From the NCBI GenBank assembly GCA_040218735.1, contig JAVJQW010000046.1, positions 160,001-224,000 on the forward strand: a stretch of 64,000 nt of DNA, in the 5' to 3' direction. The translations under genes were made by a program, and so were the position numbers. Positions 10,393 to 19,927 of this stretch are shown here, one piece after another. The DNA is from Deltaproteobacteria bacterium (GTDB taxonomy: Bacteria; Myxococcota; Kuafuiibacteriia; Kuafuiibacteriales; Kuafuiibacteriaceae). The notes beneath the pieces were generated by a model that saw only the letters and a list, made by a program, of their open reading frames with translations, had not been told where the DNA came from and made no database searches. Positions within the stretch are counted from its first letter, which is position 1, and the number at the start of each line of letters is the position of its first letter.

Positions 10393-11509
10393 GGAAACCT
10401 TCCGCCGCGCAGCTCCCCTGCGACGACGCGGCCTTCACCGTGACCTCCGAGCGCAGGTCGATCAGCTCACCGTTCAAGACACAGCGCGACCCGAACTTCG
10501 TGATGCGCGAACGGAGGATGTGGGTCGCCGCGAGCGCCTTGCCGAGCTCGATCTGACACGAGTCGTCGTAGCAGGCCTTGTAGCTGTCGCTCTTGAGCGA
10601 GCTGACCTGATCCTTGAGCGCGCGCTCCTGCGAGCTGCGGTCGATCGTCCGCACGCCGGACTGCGTGACGAAAACGCGGAGCTGATCGCCGAGGTTTCGG
10701 ACCAACGACTTGTCGATCCGATTCTTGCGGCTCTTGGCGTTCATGTCCTCGACGTCCATCACCGCGAGCACCCAGCTCTTCGTGTGCGCGGCGGCCTTCC
10801 CCGGCGATGACGGCGGTGGCGCGCTCGTCGTCGTGGGCGGCGGTGGCGCGCTCGTGGTCGGCGGCGGGGGAGGGGGCGGCGGAGGCGCCGCGACGAGGGC
10901 GCTCGGATCCAACACGAGGCGCCCCGAGGTGGTGTTCGGGATCTGCGCGGTGAACGTCGCGTTCGGGAGGCCGCTCGCGGTGCCCTGGTATTGGATCTCG
11001 GTCGTGCCGATCACCTTGCTGTTCGAGACGCTCGGTGAGCTCGCGCTGCGGACGCCGCCCCAGATGGTGTCGACCAACCCGGCGAGGAGGAAGAAACCGC
11101 CGGCCGCGAGGAGCGGGTCCGTGTCCTCTTCGGAGGACGCTGGCCCATCGAACGAAGTCGAGTCCCCGGTGTCCACCGCGAGCGCGAGGCCCATCCCCAC
11201 GACGAGCTCGACGATGCCGACGACCAGCATCGGGACCCACCCGTCGGACTCGGTGGTCTCCTCGACCTCGTAGCTCACGCTGTCGTTCAGCGGCGCGGCG
11301 CCGAGCGCCTTCTGCTCGCCGCCGTAGGTCCGTGTGACCTGCGCGCCGGCCGGCTGCGACTCCAGCCGCAGCTGGTGGGTCTTCTGCGTTCGCTCCGTCT
11401 CTTGGCTCGTCCACCCGAAGGCGAACTGCGTCGGAATGCCGCATCCGGCCATCGAAGCGGCGCAGGTGAGGGCGAGGGCTGCCCGTAGGATCTGCTGCAG
11501 GTGGGCCAC
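10352..11509 (-). CDS. Lipoprotein with PEGA-like N-terminus, TM pair, Pro-rich linker and a CsgG/TolB-N-like C-terminal domain
   Basis: Lipobox MAGC; LESQPAGAQV; VLAVMDV...CYDDSCQIELGKALAATHILRSRITKFGSRCVLNGELIDL. Confidence 0.75.
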   Translation of the reverse strand: MAHLQQILRAALALTCAASMAGCGIPTQFAFGWTSQETERTQKTHQLRLESQPAGAQVTRTYGGEQKALGAAPLNDSVSYEVEETTESDGWVPMLVVGIVELVVGMGLALAVDTGDSTSFDGPASSEEDTDPLLAAGGFFLLAGLVDTIWGGVRSASSPSVSNSKVIGTTEIQYQGTASGLPNATFTAQIPNTTSGRLVLDPSALVAAPPPPPPPPPTTSAPPPPTTTSAPPPSSPGKAAAHTKSWVLAVMDVEDMNAKSRKNRIDKSLVRNLGDQLRVFVTQSGVRTIDRSSQERALKDQVSSLKSDSYKACYDDSCQIELGKALAATHILRSRITKFGSRCVLNGELIDLRSEVTVKAASSQGSCAAEGFLTMCERVAKDLVK

Positions 11510-11594
11510 GTGGCCGGGACGCTAACGTCGAAGCGCCGCCGATGTCGAGATCGCGTGCGGGCGGGGCCCAGCGAGGTTAAAGGGACGTCGAGGC

Positions 11595-12932
11595 ATGTCC
11601 GAAGCGCTGACCGTCCACCGTCTGCAGTTCGCGTTCACGGTGACGTATCACTACCTCTTCCCGCAGCTCACGATGGGGCTCGCGCTCATCCTCGTCCTGC
11701 TGCGCACGCTCGGGATGCGGACGGGCGACGCGAAGTACGTCGAGATCGCGCGCTTCCTCCAGAAGATCTTCCTCGTCAGCTTCGGCTTCGGCGTCGTGAC
11801 CGGCATCCCGATGGAGTTCCAGTTCGGCACCAACTGGGCGGCGTTTTCGCGCGGGGCGGGGAGCATCGTCGGACAGACCCTCGCGATGGAGGGGGTGTTC
11901 GCGTTCTTCCTGGAGTCGTCGTTCCTGGGTTTTCTGATCTACGGCGAAGACAAACTCGGGGAGCGCGGCACACTCGTCGTCACGGTGTTGTTGTTCGTCG
12001 GCTCCTGGTTGTCCGGCTTCTTCATCATCGTGACGGACGCGTGGATGCAGCACCCCGTCGGTTACGTCATCACGGAGGACGGCACCCTCGCGCTCACCAG
12101 CCTCCTCGACGTGCTCCTCAACGAGTGGGCGTGGTGGCAGTTCGCCCACAACATGCTGGGCGCGACCGTCACCGGCGCCTTCGTCAGCACCGGCATCGCC
12201 GCCTTCTACCTGTTGTCGGGGCGCGCGACCGCACACGCCGAGACGTTGATCCGCGTGACCATCCCGACCGCGCTCGCCGCGTGTGTGCTCTTGGTCTTCC
12301 CCACCGGCGATCAGCAGGGGCGCCTCGTCGCGCAACACCAACCCGTCACGCTCGCCGCGATGGAAGGGCTATTCGACACCCACGAGGGCGCGCCGCTCGC
12401 GCTGATCGGACAGCCCAACGTCGACGAGCGTCGCCTCGACAACCCGCTCGAGATCCCGAACATGTTGTCGTTCCTCACGTACAAACGATGGAACGCCGAG
12501 GTCCGCGGGCTCGACGCGTTCCCGGAGGAGACGTGGCCCGACAACATCCCGCTGCTGTACTTCGCGTACCACGTGATGGTCGGCCTCGGGACGATGTTCA
12601 TCGCGGTGCTCTCGATTGCGTTCCTTCTGCTGCTGAAGAAGCGCCTCACCACCACCCGCCCCGTGCTCTACGTGCTGATGTTGTTCAGCCCGCTCCCGTT
12701 CGTCGCGAACACCGCCGGCTGGATGACCGCGGAGCTCGGCCGTCAGCCCTGGCTGATCTACGGCGTGCTGAAGACGGCCGACGGCGCGTCGCCGCACGTC
12801 GGCGCGGGCAACGCGATGTTCACGCTGCTCGGGTACATGGGCCTGTACACCGTGCTGAGCCTCCTCTACGTGCTGCTGATCGTCCGCGAGCTCGAGCACG
12901 GCCCCGAGCACCACCAAAAGGAGGTCGCGTGA
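11595..12932 (+). CDS. cydA: Cytochrome bd ubiquinol oxidase subunit I (short Q-loop type)
   Basis: RLQFAFTVTYHYLFPQLT, EFQFGTNW, QPVTLAAMEG and GWMTAELGRQPW. Confidence 0.97.
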   Translation: MSEALTVHRLQFAFTVTYHYLFPQLTMGLALILVLLRTLGMRTGDAKYVEIARFLQKIFLVSFGFGVVTGIPMEFQFGTNWAAFSRGAGSIVGQTLAMEGVFAFFLESSFLGFLIYGEDKLGERGTLVVTVLLFVGSWLSGFFIIVTDAWMQHPVGYVITEDGTLALTSLLDVLLNEWAWWQFAHNMLGATVTGAFVSTGIAAFYLLSGRATAHAETLIRVTIPTALAACVLLVFPTGDQQGRLVAQHQPVTLAAMEGLFDTHEGAPLALIGQPNVDERRLDNPLEIPNMLSFLTYKRWNAEVRGLDAFPEETWPDNIPLLYFAYHVMVGLGTMFIAVLSIAFLLLLKKRLTTTRPVLYVLMLFSPLPFVANTAGWMTAELGRQPWLIYGVLKTADGASPHVGAGNAMFTLLGYMGLYTVLSLLYVLLIVRELEHGPEHHQKEVA

Positions 12933-13966
12933 TGGAGACGGTCTGGTTCGCGCTCCTCACGTTCCTCCTCGCCGGGTACGTCGTGCTCGACGGCTTCGAT
13001 CTCGGCGCGGGGGCGATCAGCCCGTGGGTCGCACGCACCCGCGACGAGCGTGCGGCGTTGCTCCGATCCATCGGCCCGCTCTGGGACGGCAACGAAGTCT
13101 GGCTCATCGCCGCGGGGGGGACGTTGTTCATGGCGTTCCCGCGCCTGTTCTCCGCGGCCTTCGCGGGCTTCTACCTCCCGCTCACGATCTTCGTGTGGCT
13201 GATCGTGTTGCGCGGCCTCTCCATCGAGCTGCGCGGACACTTCGAGTCACCGGTGTGGATCGACATCTGGGACTTCGTGTTCTTCGCGTCGAGCGCGCTG
13301 CTCGCGTTGGTACTCGGTGTCGCGCTCGGCAACGTCGTGCGGGGCGTCCCGCTCGACGGCGAAGGCTGGTTCTTCACGCCGCTGTGGACGGACTTCACCC
13401 ACGACGGTCACGTCGGCGTCCTCGACCCGTACACCCTCCTCGTCGGCACCACCGCGCTCAGCGCGCTCGCGTTGCACGGCGCCTCGTGGGTCGCGCACGC
13501 GACGGGCGGTGACCTCGCCGCCCGCGCGCGCCGCGGAGCGACGCGGCTGTGGTGGTCGACCGCGCTGCTCACCACCGGGATGACCGCGGCGTCGTTCGCG
13601 CTGCAGCCGCAGCTCTCCGCCAACCTCGCCGACCAGCCCTGGGGCGCCGCCTTCCCGCTCGTCGCGCTCGGGGGGCTGCTCGCGCACCGCGTGTACCTCG
13701 GCCGCGACGCGCCCACCCGCGCGTTCCTCGGCTCGGGCACCTACCTCGCCGGGATGCTCGCGAGCGTGGCGTTCGGTCTGTACCCGCTGGTCCTCCCGTC
13801 GACGCTCGAGCCGGCCCACGCGCTCACTGCGGCCAACGCCCACGGCCCCGGCGACGGCACGACGGTGGCGCTGTTCTGGTGGATCCCGGGGATGGCGTTG
13901 GTGCTGGGTTACACCGTCCTCGTGTATCGCACGTTCGGGCGAGCAAAAGTGGCCGACCCGAGTTGA
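12932..13966 (+). CDS. cydB: Cytochrome bd ubiquinol oxidase subunit II
   Basis: YVVLDGFDLGAG and IGPLWDGNEVWLI; the ATG overlaps the cydA stop and follows an AAGGAGG RBS. Confidence 0.97.
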   Translation: METVWFALLTFLLAGYVVLDGFDLGAGAISPWVARTRDERAALLRSIGPLWDGNEVWLIAAGGTLFMAFPRLFSAAFAGFYLPLTIFVWLIVLRGLSIELRGHFESPVWIDIWDFVFFASSALLALVLGVALGNVVRGVPLDGEGWFFTPLWTDFTHDGHVGVLDPYTLLVGTTALSALALHGASWVAHATGGDLAARARRGATRLWWSTALLTTGMTAASFALQPQLSANLADQPWGAAFPLVALGGLLAHRVYLGRDAPTRAFLGSGTYLAGMLASVAFGLYPLVLPSTLEPAHALTAANAHGPGDGTTVALFWWIPGMALVLGYTVLVYRTFGRAKVADPS

Positions 13967-14011
13967 GAATCCACCCAACGCGCCGAACTGAATCCTTGGA
14001 GGGAGCTCAGG

Positions 14012-14182
14012 ATGCGCGCGGTGGAGTTGATGGTGGCGCTGGGGATGATCATCACGATGGCAAAGGCCATCTGGTCCGACGAAGCGCCGGTGAGGACCGC
14101 GCGCGTCTGTGTCCTCGAACCGGTCGTCGATGGCCCCGTCACGCCGGACGCGTCGATCGACTTCCACCCGTTCTGCCAGTGA
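14012..14182 (+). CDS. 56-aa small protein with an N-terminal hydrophobic helix
   Basis: Below the ORF-track cutoff. GGAGGGAG SD, then MRAVELMVALGMIITMAKAIWSDEAPVRTARVCVLEPVVDGPVTPDASIDFHPFCQ; 45 nt after cydB. Confidence 0.55.
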   Translation: MRAVELMVALGMIITMAKAIWSDEAPVRTARVCVLEPVVDGPVTPDASIDFHPFCQ

Positions 14183-14195
14183 CGAAGAAACCGCG

Positions 14196-14224
14196 TTGAC
14201 GGTGCCCGATCACGTCTCTACCTT
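14196..14224 (+). promoter_or_regulatory. Sigma70-type promoter
   Basis: TTGACG-N17-TACCTT, followed by the perfect palindrome GCCGTTAACGGC (14226-14237) over the predicted TSS. Confidence 0.6.
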
Positions 14225-14230
14225 GGCCGT

Positions 14231-14847
14231 TAACGGCGTCCGTCGGACGTCGGATCTTTTGCCACGTCTCGAACTGTGAACCTTCACGACGCGGACCGGA
14301 CTGGCCGCGTGCTCGAAAACCTAGCCTGAGCAACACACGACGCTAGAGCGCCTCTTCTTCGCGAAGGGACGTTCGCGGCGCACGCACCCCCGGCCCCGTT
14401 CGCGGGACAATCCGGTGCGTCGCCGTGGTTCACGCCGGTGTGGCGGCCACTCGGATGGGAGCGGCCGTGGCGTGAAGCCTGCCCTCACGTTTCACCATCG
14501 GCTGCGGTTCGCCGTGGCGCGTTGGGGCTGTGGGCCGTTCGCCTTCGGGCGGGCGCCGTTCCTCCACACCGTCGATCGCTCGGGCATCCAGGTTCGATGG
14601 TGCCGTGCACCGCGAAAACACGCCCCGATGCCACCGCCGGCGATTCCCGTCCGGCGTCGAGCCCTGGGGCCGCGGTCGACGGCACCTACGAACCGCCGGG
14701 GAGCCCAAGCGGTCCCGGGGCGAACGGACGATCCGGGCTGCCTCGCGACCCGCCCGCGCGTGACGGAAACGAAAAGAGTCTTCGCATGAATGACAACCTC
14801 GAACCCGCTCGGGCTCGGCCGCTTATCCACCCTGCGGCCGGGCCCGA
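14231..14847 (+). ncRNA. Candidate large structured ncRNA or 5' leader of unknown family
   Basis: No credible CDS. Nested complementary pairs: 14429-14436/14469-14476, 14504-14511/14689-14696 and 14569-14579/14672-14682. cUUCGg hairpin at 14537-14554 and a terminal 14-bp stem at 14809-14847. Confidence 0.45.
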
Positions 14848-14868
14848 ACGCTGCTATGTCCGAGGTGC

Positions 14869-17800
14869 GTGCGGGATCTGTGGCTGTACGATCGGCTCGC
14901 CGCCGACGTGATCGACCGCGAGCTCCTCGGTGAGCTCACCGAGCTCGCCGCGCAGCGTCACACGGTGCGCGCGCCGTTCCTCGCACGCCTGTACCCCCAC
15001 GCGACCCACGAAGACCCCGAGCTCCGCGCCACCATCGTCGCCTGCTTCGCAGGGGTCGAAGGGTACGAAGGCCTCCGCGTCATCGTCCGCGCCCTGAACG
15101 ACGAGATCGCTCAGGTCCGCGACGCCGCCGTCACCGCGCTCCTGAAGACCGGGGCGCGCGCGAACCTCCGCCTCGCCCACGGCCTGTTCCACCACCGCCC
15201 CGACGTCCGCGCGCGCGTCGTCGCGGAGAGCAGCGTCCCGGGCGCGCTCGCGGCGCACCTCCTCGCAGATCCGGCCTCGCGTGACGTCGTCATCGAGCGC
15301 GCCCCTCAGCTCATCCACGGCGGCGACGGGGTCGAGACGATCGTCATGCTCCACACCACGGGTGTCGTCCCGCGCGAAGTCACGCGCGCGGCGCTCCTCG
15401 CGCTGGAGTGGGACGAGCGCACGCAGCCGCTCCTGGAGGGCCTGCCGATCGGGGTGCTCCCGCTGCTGCCGAAGAACCGCGCCGCGCTCGACGAGAGCCT
15501 CCAGGCCGAGAGCAACGACCGGCTCGACGTCGTGCTCCGGCTCGTCGGTGACGACGCCGGGTTCGTCGAGCGCTTCGTGCGGGGCGCGAAGCGGCGCTCC
15601 GTCCAGGGCGCTCAGGGGCTGCGCGTCGCGTGGTCGATCGCTCGGGTCGTCGCGTCGTTCGAGGACCCGCCGCCCGAGATGATCGCGCTGAGCGCGGCGC
15701 ACTTGCCGCTGCTGCTGGCGCACCCGGTGCTGGAGGTCGGCGTCGCGAAGGCGGCGGCGCGTCTGATCGCCGAGCTCCGTCCCAAGGCGGACCTCGAGGA
15801 CCCGCTCGCCGACGTCTTCGGGACGCCGGTGTGCCTCGACGGCGCGATGCTCGACCTCGACGTCATCTCCGGGATCCTGATGCTGTCGAAGGTCCCGCCG
15901 GTGGTGTCGATCGCGACCTACGGGACGATCGCCGAGTGGGAGGCGGCGATCCGCGCGAACCCACGGGCCGGAGTGCCGCTGCTTGCGCAGACGCCGCCGA
16001 GCAAACACGCGAAGCTGTTTCGGGAGCTCGTCGGTGCGCTGCTCGTGTCTCCGCGTCGCGACGCGGAGCTCGTGCTCGACGTCGTCGCCACGGTCTCGAA
16101 CGTGCGCTCGGAGCTGTACTTCCTGGAGGAGGCGGCGTCGCGCGATCGCGACCTCGTGTGGCTGCTCGTGCAGACCGCGATGCGGCGCGAGCGCGAGGGG
16201 TCGTTCGCGTTGTCGAACGTGCAGCGCTCGCGGCTCGTCACTTGGCTCGCCGCGCGCCTCGACGCCGCACAGCTCGACACACTGATGATTCACGTCGCGA
16301 CACGCGCCCAGGTCGAGGGTCAGACCCTCGCCGACGAGATCGTGTGCGCTGCGAGCCGTGCGCGGGGGGAGGGTGTGGCGGATCGTGTCGCTGCGTTCGC
16401 CGTCGAACACCAGCGCGCGGTGCTGATGTGGACGCGCCGCTTCGCGCACTTCCCCTCTGCGGTGTTCTTCGCGATCGCGGGGCGCCTCGCCGCGAGCCCG
16501 GACGCCGAGGTGCGTGCGCTCGCGCAGATCGTCCAGGCGCCGGCGTCGCCCGAGATGCGGATGACGGAGGAGCGCTCGGACGTTCGTGCGCTGACCGAAG
16601 AAGAGACGGACGCGATCCTCGCCGCCGACTCGGCGGATCTCTTCTCGGCGCTGCGCGTGGTCTACACCCACCCGGTGCGCGGCGTCGCGCGCGCGTTGTT
16701 GGATCGCAAGGAGGCCGCGCCGAGCCCGCGCATCGCGGCGGCGATCCTCTTCGGCTTCGACGACCCGGTTCTCACGAGCCGCGCGTTCTCGCGGTACACC
16801 GAGGACGAAGAGACGTTCTGGTCGACGCTCGAGACCGAGATGGTCGACCGCGGTCGCCGCGCGCCGTTCATCCCGCTGATCGCCGCGGCGTGGCTGCACC
16901 GCTGGGAGATCCCGCTGCAGAGCTTGGAGCGCGAGGTGCTCGCGCACCCCGAGGGGCCGTCGGCCGTGCTGCGGGCGAGCCTCTACTGGCCCGCGCCGCT
17001 CCTCGTCACGCAGGTGTGGTGCGGGTTCGCGCGCCTCGCGGCGGTGTGGCGGATGCGTGATCATGAGCGGTTCGCGCGCGTCTTCGACGAGGACCTGGGG
17101 CGGATGGTCGCGATCCAGGTGCACCTGCACGGCGTGCCCGCGGCGCGCATCCTCGTGGAGATGTTCCTCGGCGGCGTCGAGGCCGACGTGATGGAGCGTC
17201 TGCAGCACCTCGTCGTCGCGTTGTTGGATCGCACGACCGAGGTGACGCGCGCGGAGCTCTCGCGCTGGTTCGACACGGACGTCAGCGGCGCGCACGCGGT
17301 CGCGACGGAGGTGGCCACCGACGAGACGTTGGTCGCGGAGGCGATGCGCACGGACGACCCCGCGCGGCTCGCGGAGCTCGCGGCGTGTGATCAGCTGTTC
17401 GTCGCACGCGCCGCGCTCCCGCGGATCGACGAACCGCAGCACCTCGTCGCGCGGGTGCGATCGGGGGCGGTCGGCTTCGGTCGTCACGTGGCCGAGCGCC
17501 TCCTCGCGATCGCGGACCCGGCGACGCTCGACGCGCTCCTCGGAGAGGACGTGGATCCCGCGCTGCGTTTTGCGTTGGGGATGGCGCGCCTGCCGGACGA
17601 GCCGGAGGTGTGGCCTCGTCTCGCGGCGGCGATCTGCGCGCCGTCCGGTCGGCGCTGGTTCCTCGACGACGACCTCACGGCGATCCGCGACGCGGGCGTG
17701 CTCGAGCACCGCATCGGCTGTGACCTCGCGACCTCCGACCAGCTCGCGGCGTACGCCGAGGCGGTGCGGATCCTCGTCGAGAGCGAGATGGGCGGTGAGG

Positions 17801-19851
17801 TTCGCGATGCGCTCCTCGCGTTCCTCGACCAGGGGACGGAGCGGCTCTTGGCGGTGCGCACGTCGGCGGCGCGGCGTCTGTTCGCGTGCGGGGTGCGTCG
17901 TGCGTTCCCGCTGGCGCTCACGGCGGCGCTCGACGCGTGGGAGCGCCTCGCGCCGGGGGTGCAGGCGGGGCCGTTTGCTTCGTTGAATCCGCAGTGCGCC
18001 GAGGAGGCCGCGACGTGTGTCGTCACGGCGGGGCGCAGCGGGGCGACGCGCCGGTTGCTCGACGAGCTCGAGCGGATGAGCCCGATGGACAACCAAGAGG
18101 CGCTCACCGCGATCCTCGCGCAGGCCGAGACGAAGGAGATCCAGGAGCGTGCGCTCCGGGCGCTCAGCCGTGACCTGTCGTCCCAGGGGCGCGTACGTCG
18201 GCTCGCGGAGATCTTCGCGTGGGGCGCCAAGGAGTCGCGGTTGCTCGTCGGCTCCGCCTACCGCGTGCACCTGATCGGCGGCGACGCGTACGGCTACACC
18301 CGCCTCGAAGAGAAGTCGATCTACGTGAACCCGATGGCGTTCCTCCGCGGCCACCGCGACGGGGAGGGGGTGCTGCGCGGTCTCATCCTCCACGAGCTCG
18401 GTCACCACATGTTCCACGCCGACAAACCGGCGCTGAAGATCTGGAAGGACGCCGAGCGAGAGAAGCGGCACTCGCTGTTGAACCTCGTCGCCGACGAACA
18501 CCTGGAGCGAAACCTCCGCGCGCGGCGAACGGAGCACGGCGACTACCTGAAGACGCTCGCGGCGCACGCGTTTCAGCACCAGCGTCGCGCGGTCGAGGTC
18601 ATGGAGCTCGCGCAGCGCCTCGGGCCGCACACGTTCGCGGTGTTGTCGGCGGCCCGGTTGGAGGTCGCGCGTTCGCCGGCGCAGGTCGAGGTCGCGCTCG
18701 GGATGTTGTTCCGCGAGATGGAGCGGAGCGGCACGAGCTTCGTGCGCTTCGTGCGTGCGTTGCGGATGGGGCTCGGCGATCGCTACGGCGATCCGAAGGT
18801 GAAGGAAGCGCTCGCGCTGTTCGACAAGTCGTTCAGGAAGTCGTCGATGGAGCAGCTCTGGTCGATCACCAAGAAGCTGATCGAGATCTTCGGCGAGGAG
18901 GCGAAGCTCATCGAGGTCCTCGATCTGCACGACAACGCCAACGGCACCGGGAGCGGAGTGGAAGGCGACGCGCGCGCGCGGCGGGGCGTCGACGACGAGT
19001 CCGTGCAGCGCGAGGTCGATCGCATCCTCGACGGCGACAAGACCAAACCCAAACACGGCGACCGCACGATCAACCGGAGCGAGGACGAGTCGTTCGACGA
19101 GATCCGCGACATCCAGCGCGTCGCCCCCGAGCCGGAGCAGCACCGCGATGGCGTTCGACGCGTCGCGCGTGCGGCGCGGCGCCTGCGCGAGGTGCTGAAG
19201 GTGTTGGGTCTGCAGCTCGAGCCGAGGCGTGCCCGGCTGAAGGGGCGCAAGGTGGATCGCGGTGGGTTGCCGCGCGCGATCGTTCGACGGGATCCGCGGA
19301 TGCTCGTCGCGCGCGAGGCCGTGCAGCGCGCCGACCTTTCGCTGTCGGTGTTGATCGATTGCTCGGGGTCGATGTCGCTCGACCAGAACCTCGAGAAGGC
19401 GAAGCTGTTCGGCCTCTTGATCGCCGAAGCGTGCCGCGGGTTACGCGGGGTCGACGCGACCTTCTGGGGCTTCTCGGACGTGTCGATCTTCGACGCGGGC
19501 TCCGCGGAGCGCTGCGCGGTGTCCGGCCTCACGCTGCAGGGCGGCAACAACGACGCGGGGGCGCTGTGGCACGTCGCCCAGGTGGGGCGCCGTTCGACGC
19601 GCCGCGCGAAGGTGCTCGTGATGATCAGCGACGGCTCCCCGACGGAGTGCTCGGTGGCGGCGCTGCGGGCGCTCGTGCGCAAGCTGGAGCGGCGCTACGG
19701 CTACGTGTGTGCGCAGGTGGCGGTGCGCCGGCTCGACGAGGAGTGCTTCACGCACCACATCGACCTCATCGACGACGACCTCGACCGCGCCGTGCGGCGG
19801 TTCTCGAAGGTCGTGTCGCGGCTGGTGCGTCAGGCCTTGTCAGGCGCGTGA
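14869..19851 (+). CDS. Large HEAT/ARM-repeat protein with an HExxH metallopeptidase-like domain and a C-terminal vWA domain
   Basis: HEAT-like ALNDEIAQVRDAAVTAL; ILHELGHH; NLVADEHLE; vWA MIDAS DCSGS, GGNND and ISDG. Confidence 0.85.
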   Translation: MRDLWLYDRLAADVIDRELLGELTELAAQRHTVRAPFLARLYPHATHEDPELRATIVACFAGVEGYEGLRVIVRALNDEIAQVRDAAVTALLKTGARANLRLAHGLFHHRPDVRARVVAESSVPGALAAHLLADPASRDVVIERAPQLIHGGDGVETIVMLHTTGVVPREVTRAALLALEWDERTQPLLEGLPIGVLPLLPKNRAALDESLQAESNDRLDVVLRLVGDDAGFVERFVRGAKRRSVQGAQGLRVAWSIARVVASFEDPPPEMIALSAAHLPLLLAHPVLEVGVAKAAARLIAELRPKADLEDPLADVFGTPVCLDGAMLDLDVISGILMLSKVPPVVSIATYGTIAEWEAAIRANPRAGVPLLAQTPPSKHAKLFRELVGALLVSPRRDAELVLDVVATVSNVRSELYFLEEAASRDRDLVWLLVQTAMRREREGSFALSNVQRSRLVTWLAARLDAAQLDTLMIHVATRAQVEGQTLADEIVCAASRARGEGVADRVAAFAVEHQRAVLMWTRRFAHFPSAVFFAIAGRLAASPDAEVRALAQIVQAPASPEMRMTEERSDVRALTEEETDAILAADSADLFSALRVVYTHPVRGVARALLDRKEAAPSPRIAAAILFGFDDPVLTSRAFSRYTEDEETFWSTLETEMVDRGRRAPFIPLIAAAWLHRWEIPLQSLEREVLAHPEGPSAVLRASLYWPAPLLVTQVWCGFARLAAVWRMRDHERFARVFDEDLGRMVAIQVHLHGVPAARILVEMFLGGVEADVMERLQHLVVALLDRTTEVTRAELSRWFDTDVSGAHAVATEVATDETLVAEAMRTDDPARLAELAACDQLFVARAALPRIDEPQHLVARVRSGAVGFGRHVAERLLAIADPATLDALLGEDVDPALRFALGMARLPDEPEVWPRLAAAICAPSGRRWFLDDDLTAIRDAGVLEHRIGCDLATSDQLAAYAEAVRILVESEMGGEVRDALLAFLDQGTERLLAVRTSAARRLFACGVRRAFPLALTAALDAWERLAPGVQAGPFASLNPQCAEEAATCVVTAGRSGATRRLLDELERMSPMDNQEALTAILAQAETKEIQERALRALSRDLSSQGRVRRLAEIFAWGAKESRLLVGSAYRVHLIGGDAYGYTRLEEKSIYVNPMAFLRGHRDGEGVLRGLILHELGHHMFHADKPALKIWKDAEREKRHSLLNLVADEHLERNLRARRTEHGDYLKTLAAHAFQHQRRAVEVMELAQRLGPHTFAVLSAARLEVARSPAQVEVALGMLFREMERSGTSFVRFVRALRMGLGDRYGDPKVKEALALFDKSFRKSSMEQLWSITKKLIEIFGEEAKLIEVLDLHDNANGTGSGVEGDARARRGVDDESVQREVDRILDGDKTKPKHGDRTINRSEDESFDEIRDIQRVAPEPEQHRDGVRRVARAARRLREVLKVLGLQLEPRRARLKGRKVDRGGLPRAIVRRDPRMLVAREAVQRADLSLSVLIDCSGSMSLDQNLEKAKLFGLLIAEACRGLRGVDATFWGFSDVSIFDAGSAERCAVSGLTLQGGNNDAGALWHVAQVGRRSTRRAKVLVMISDGSPTECSVAALRALVRKLERRYGYVCAQVAVRRLDEECFTHHIDLIDDDLDRAVRRFSKVVSRLVRQALSGA

Positions 19852-19927
19852 GAGCGCGCACGATCGGCAGTCGGAGGGTGGGTGCTCGGTCTATTTCAGC
19901 GAGCGAACACTCGAGGAGACCAACCCG

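Noticed and set aside
10810-10890. Short tandem DNA repeats
   Set aside because: They encode a Pro/Thr linker; there is no repeat-spacer structure, so this is not CRISPR.
14400-14485. Cobalamin riboswitch-like fragments (gccact...gggag, cctgcc)
   Set aside because: The core consensus and B12-box are not properly matched and there is no B12-related downstream gene.
14583-14604. GGTTCGA T-loop-like motif suggesting tRNA or tmRNA
   Set aside because: No cloverleaf, acceptor stem or CCA end.
14415-14911. Several short ORFs in the intergenic region
   Set aside because: Arg/Pro/Gly-rich, mutually overlapping, with no SD and no motifs.
14854-19143. 1429-aa antisense ORF, plus other long shadow ORFs (e.g. 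7221-8798, 24877-27282, 57569-59863)
   Set aside because: They lie antisense to motif-bearing genes; long stop-free shadow frames are expected at this GC content.
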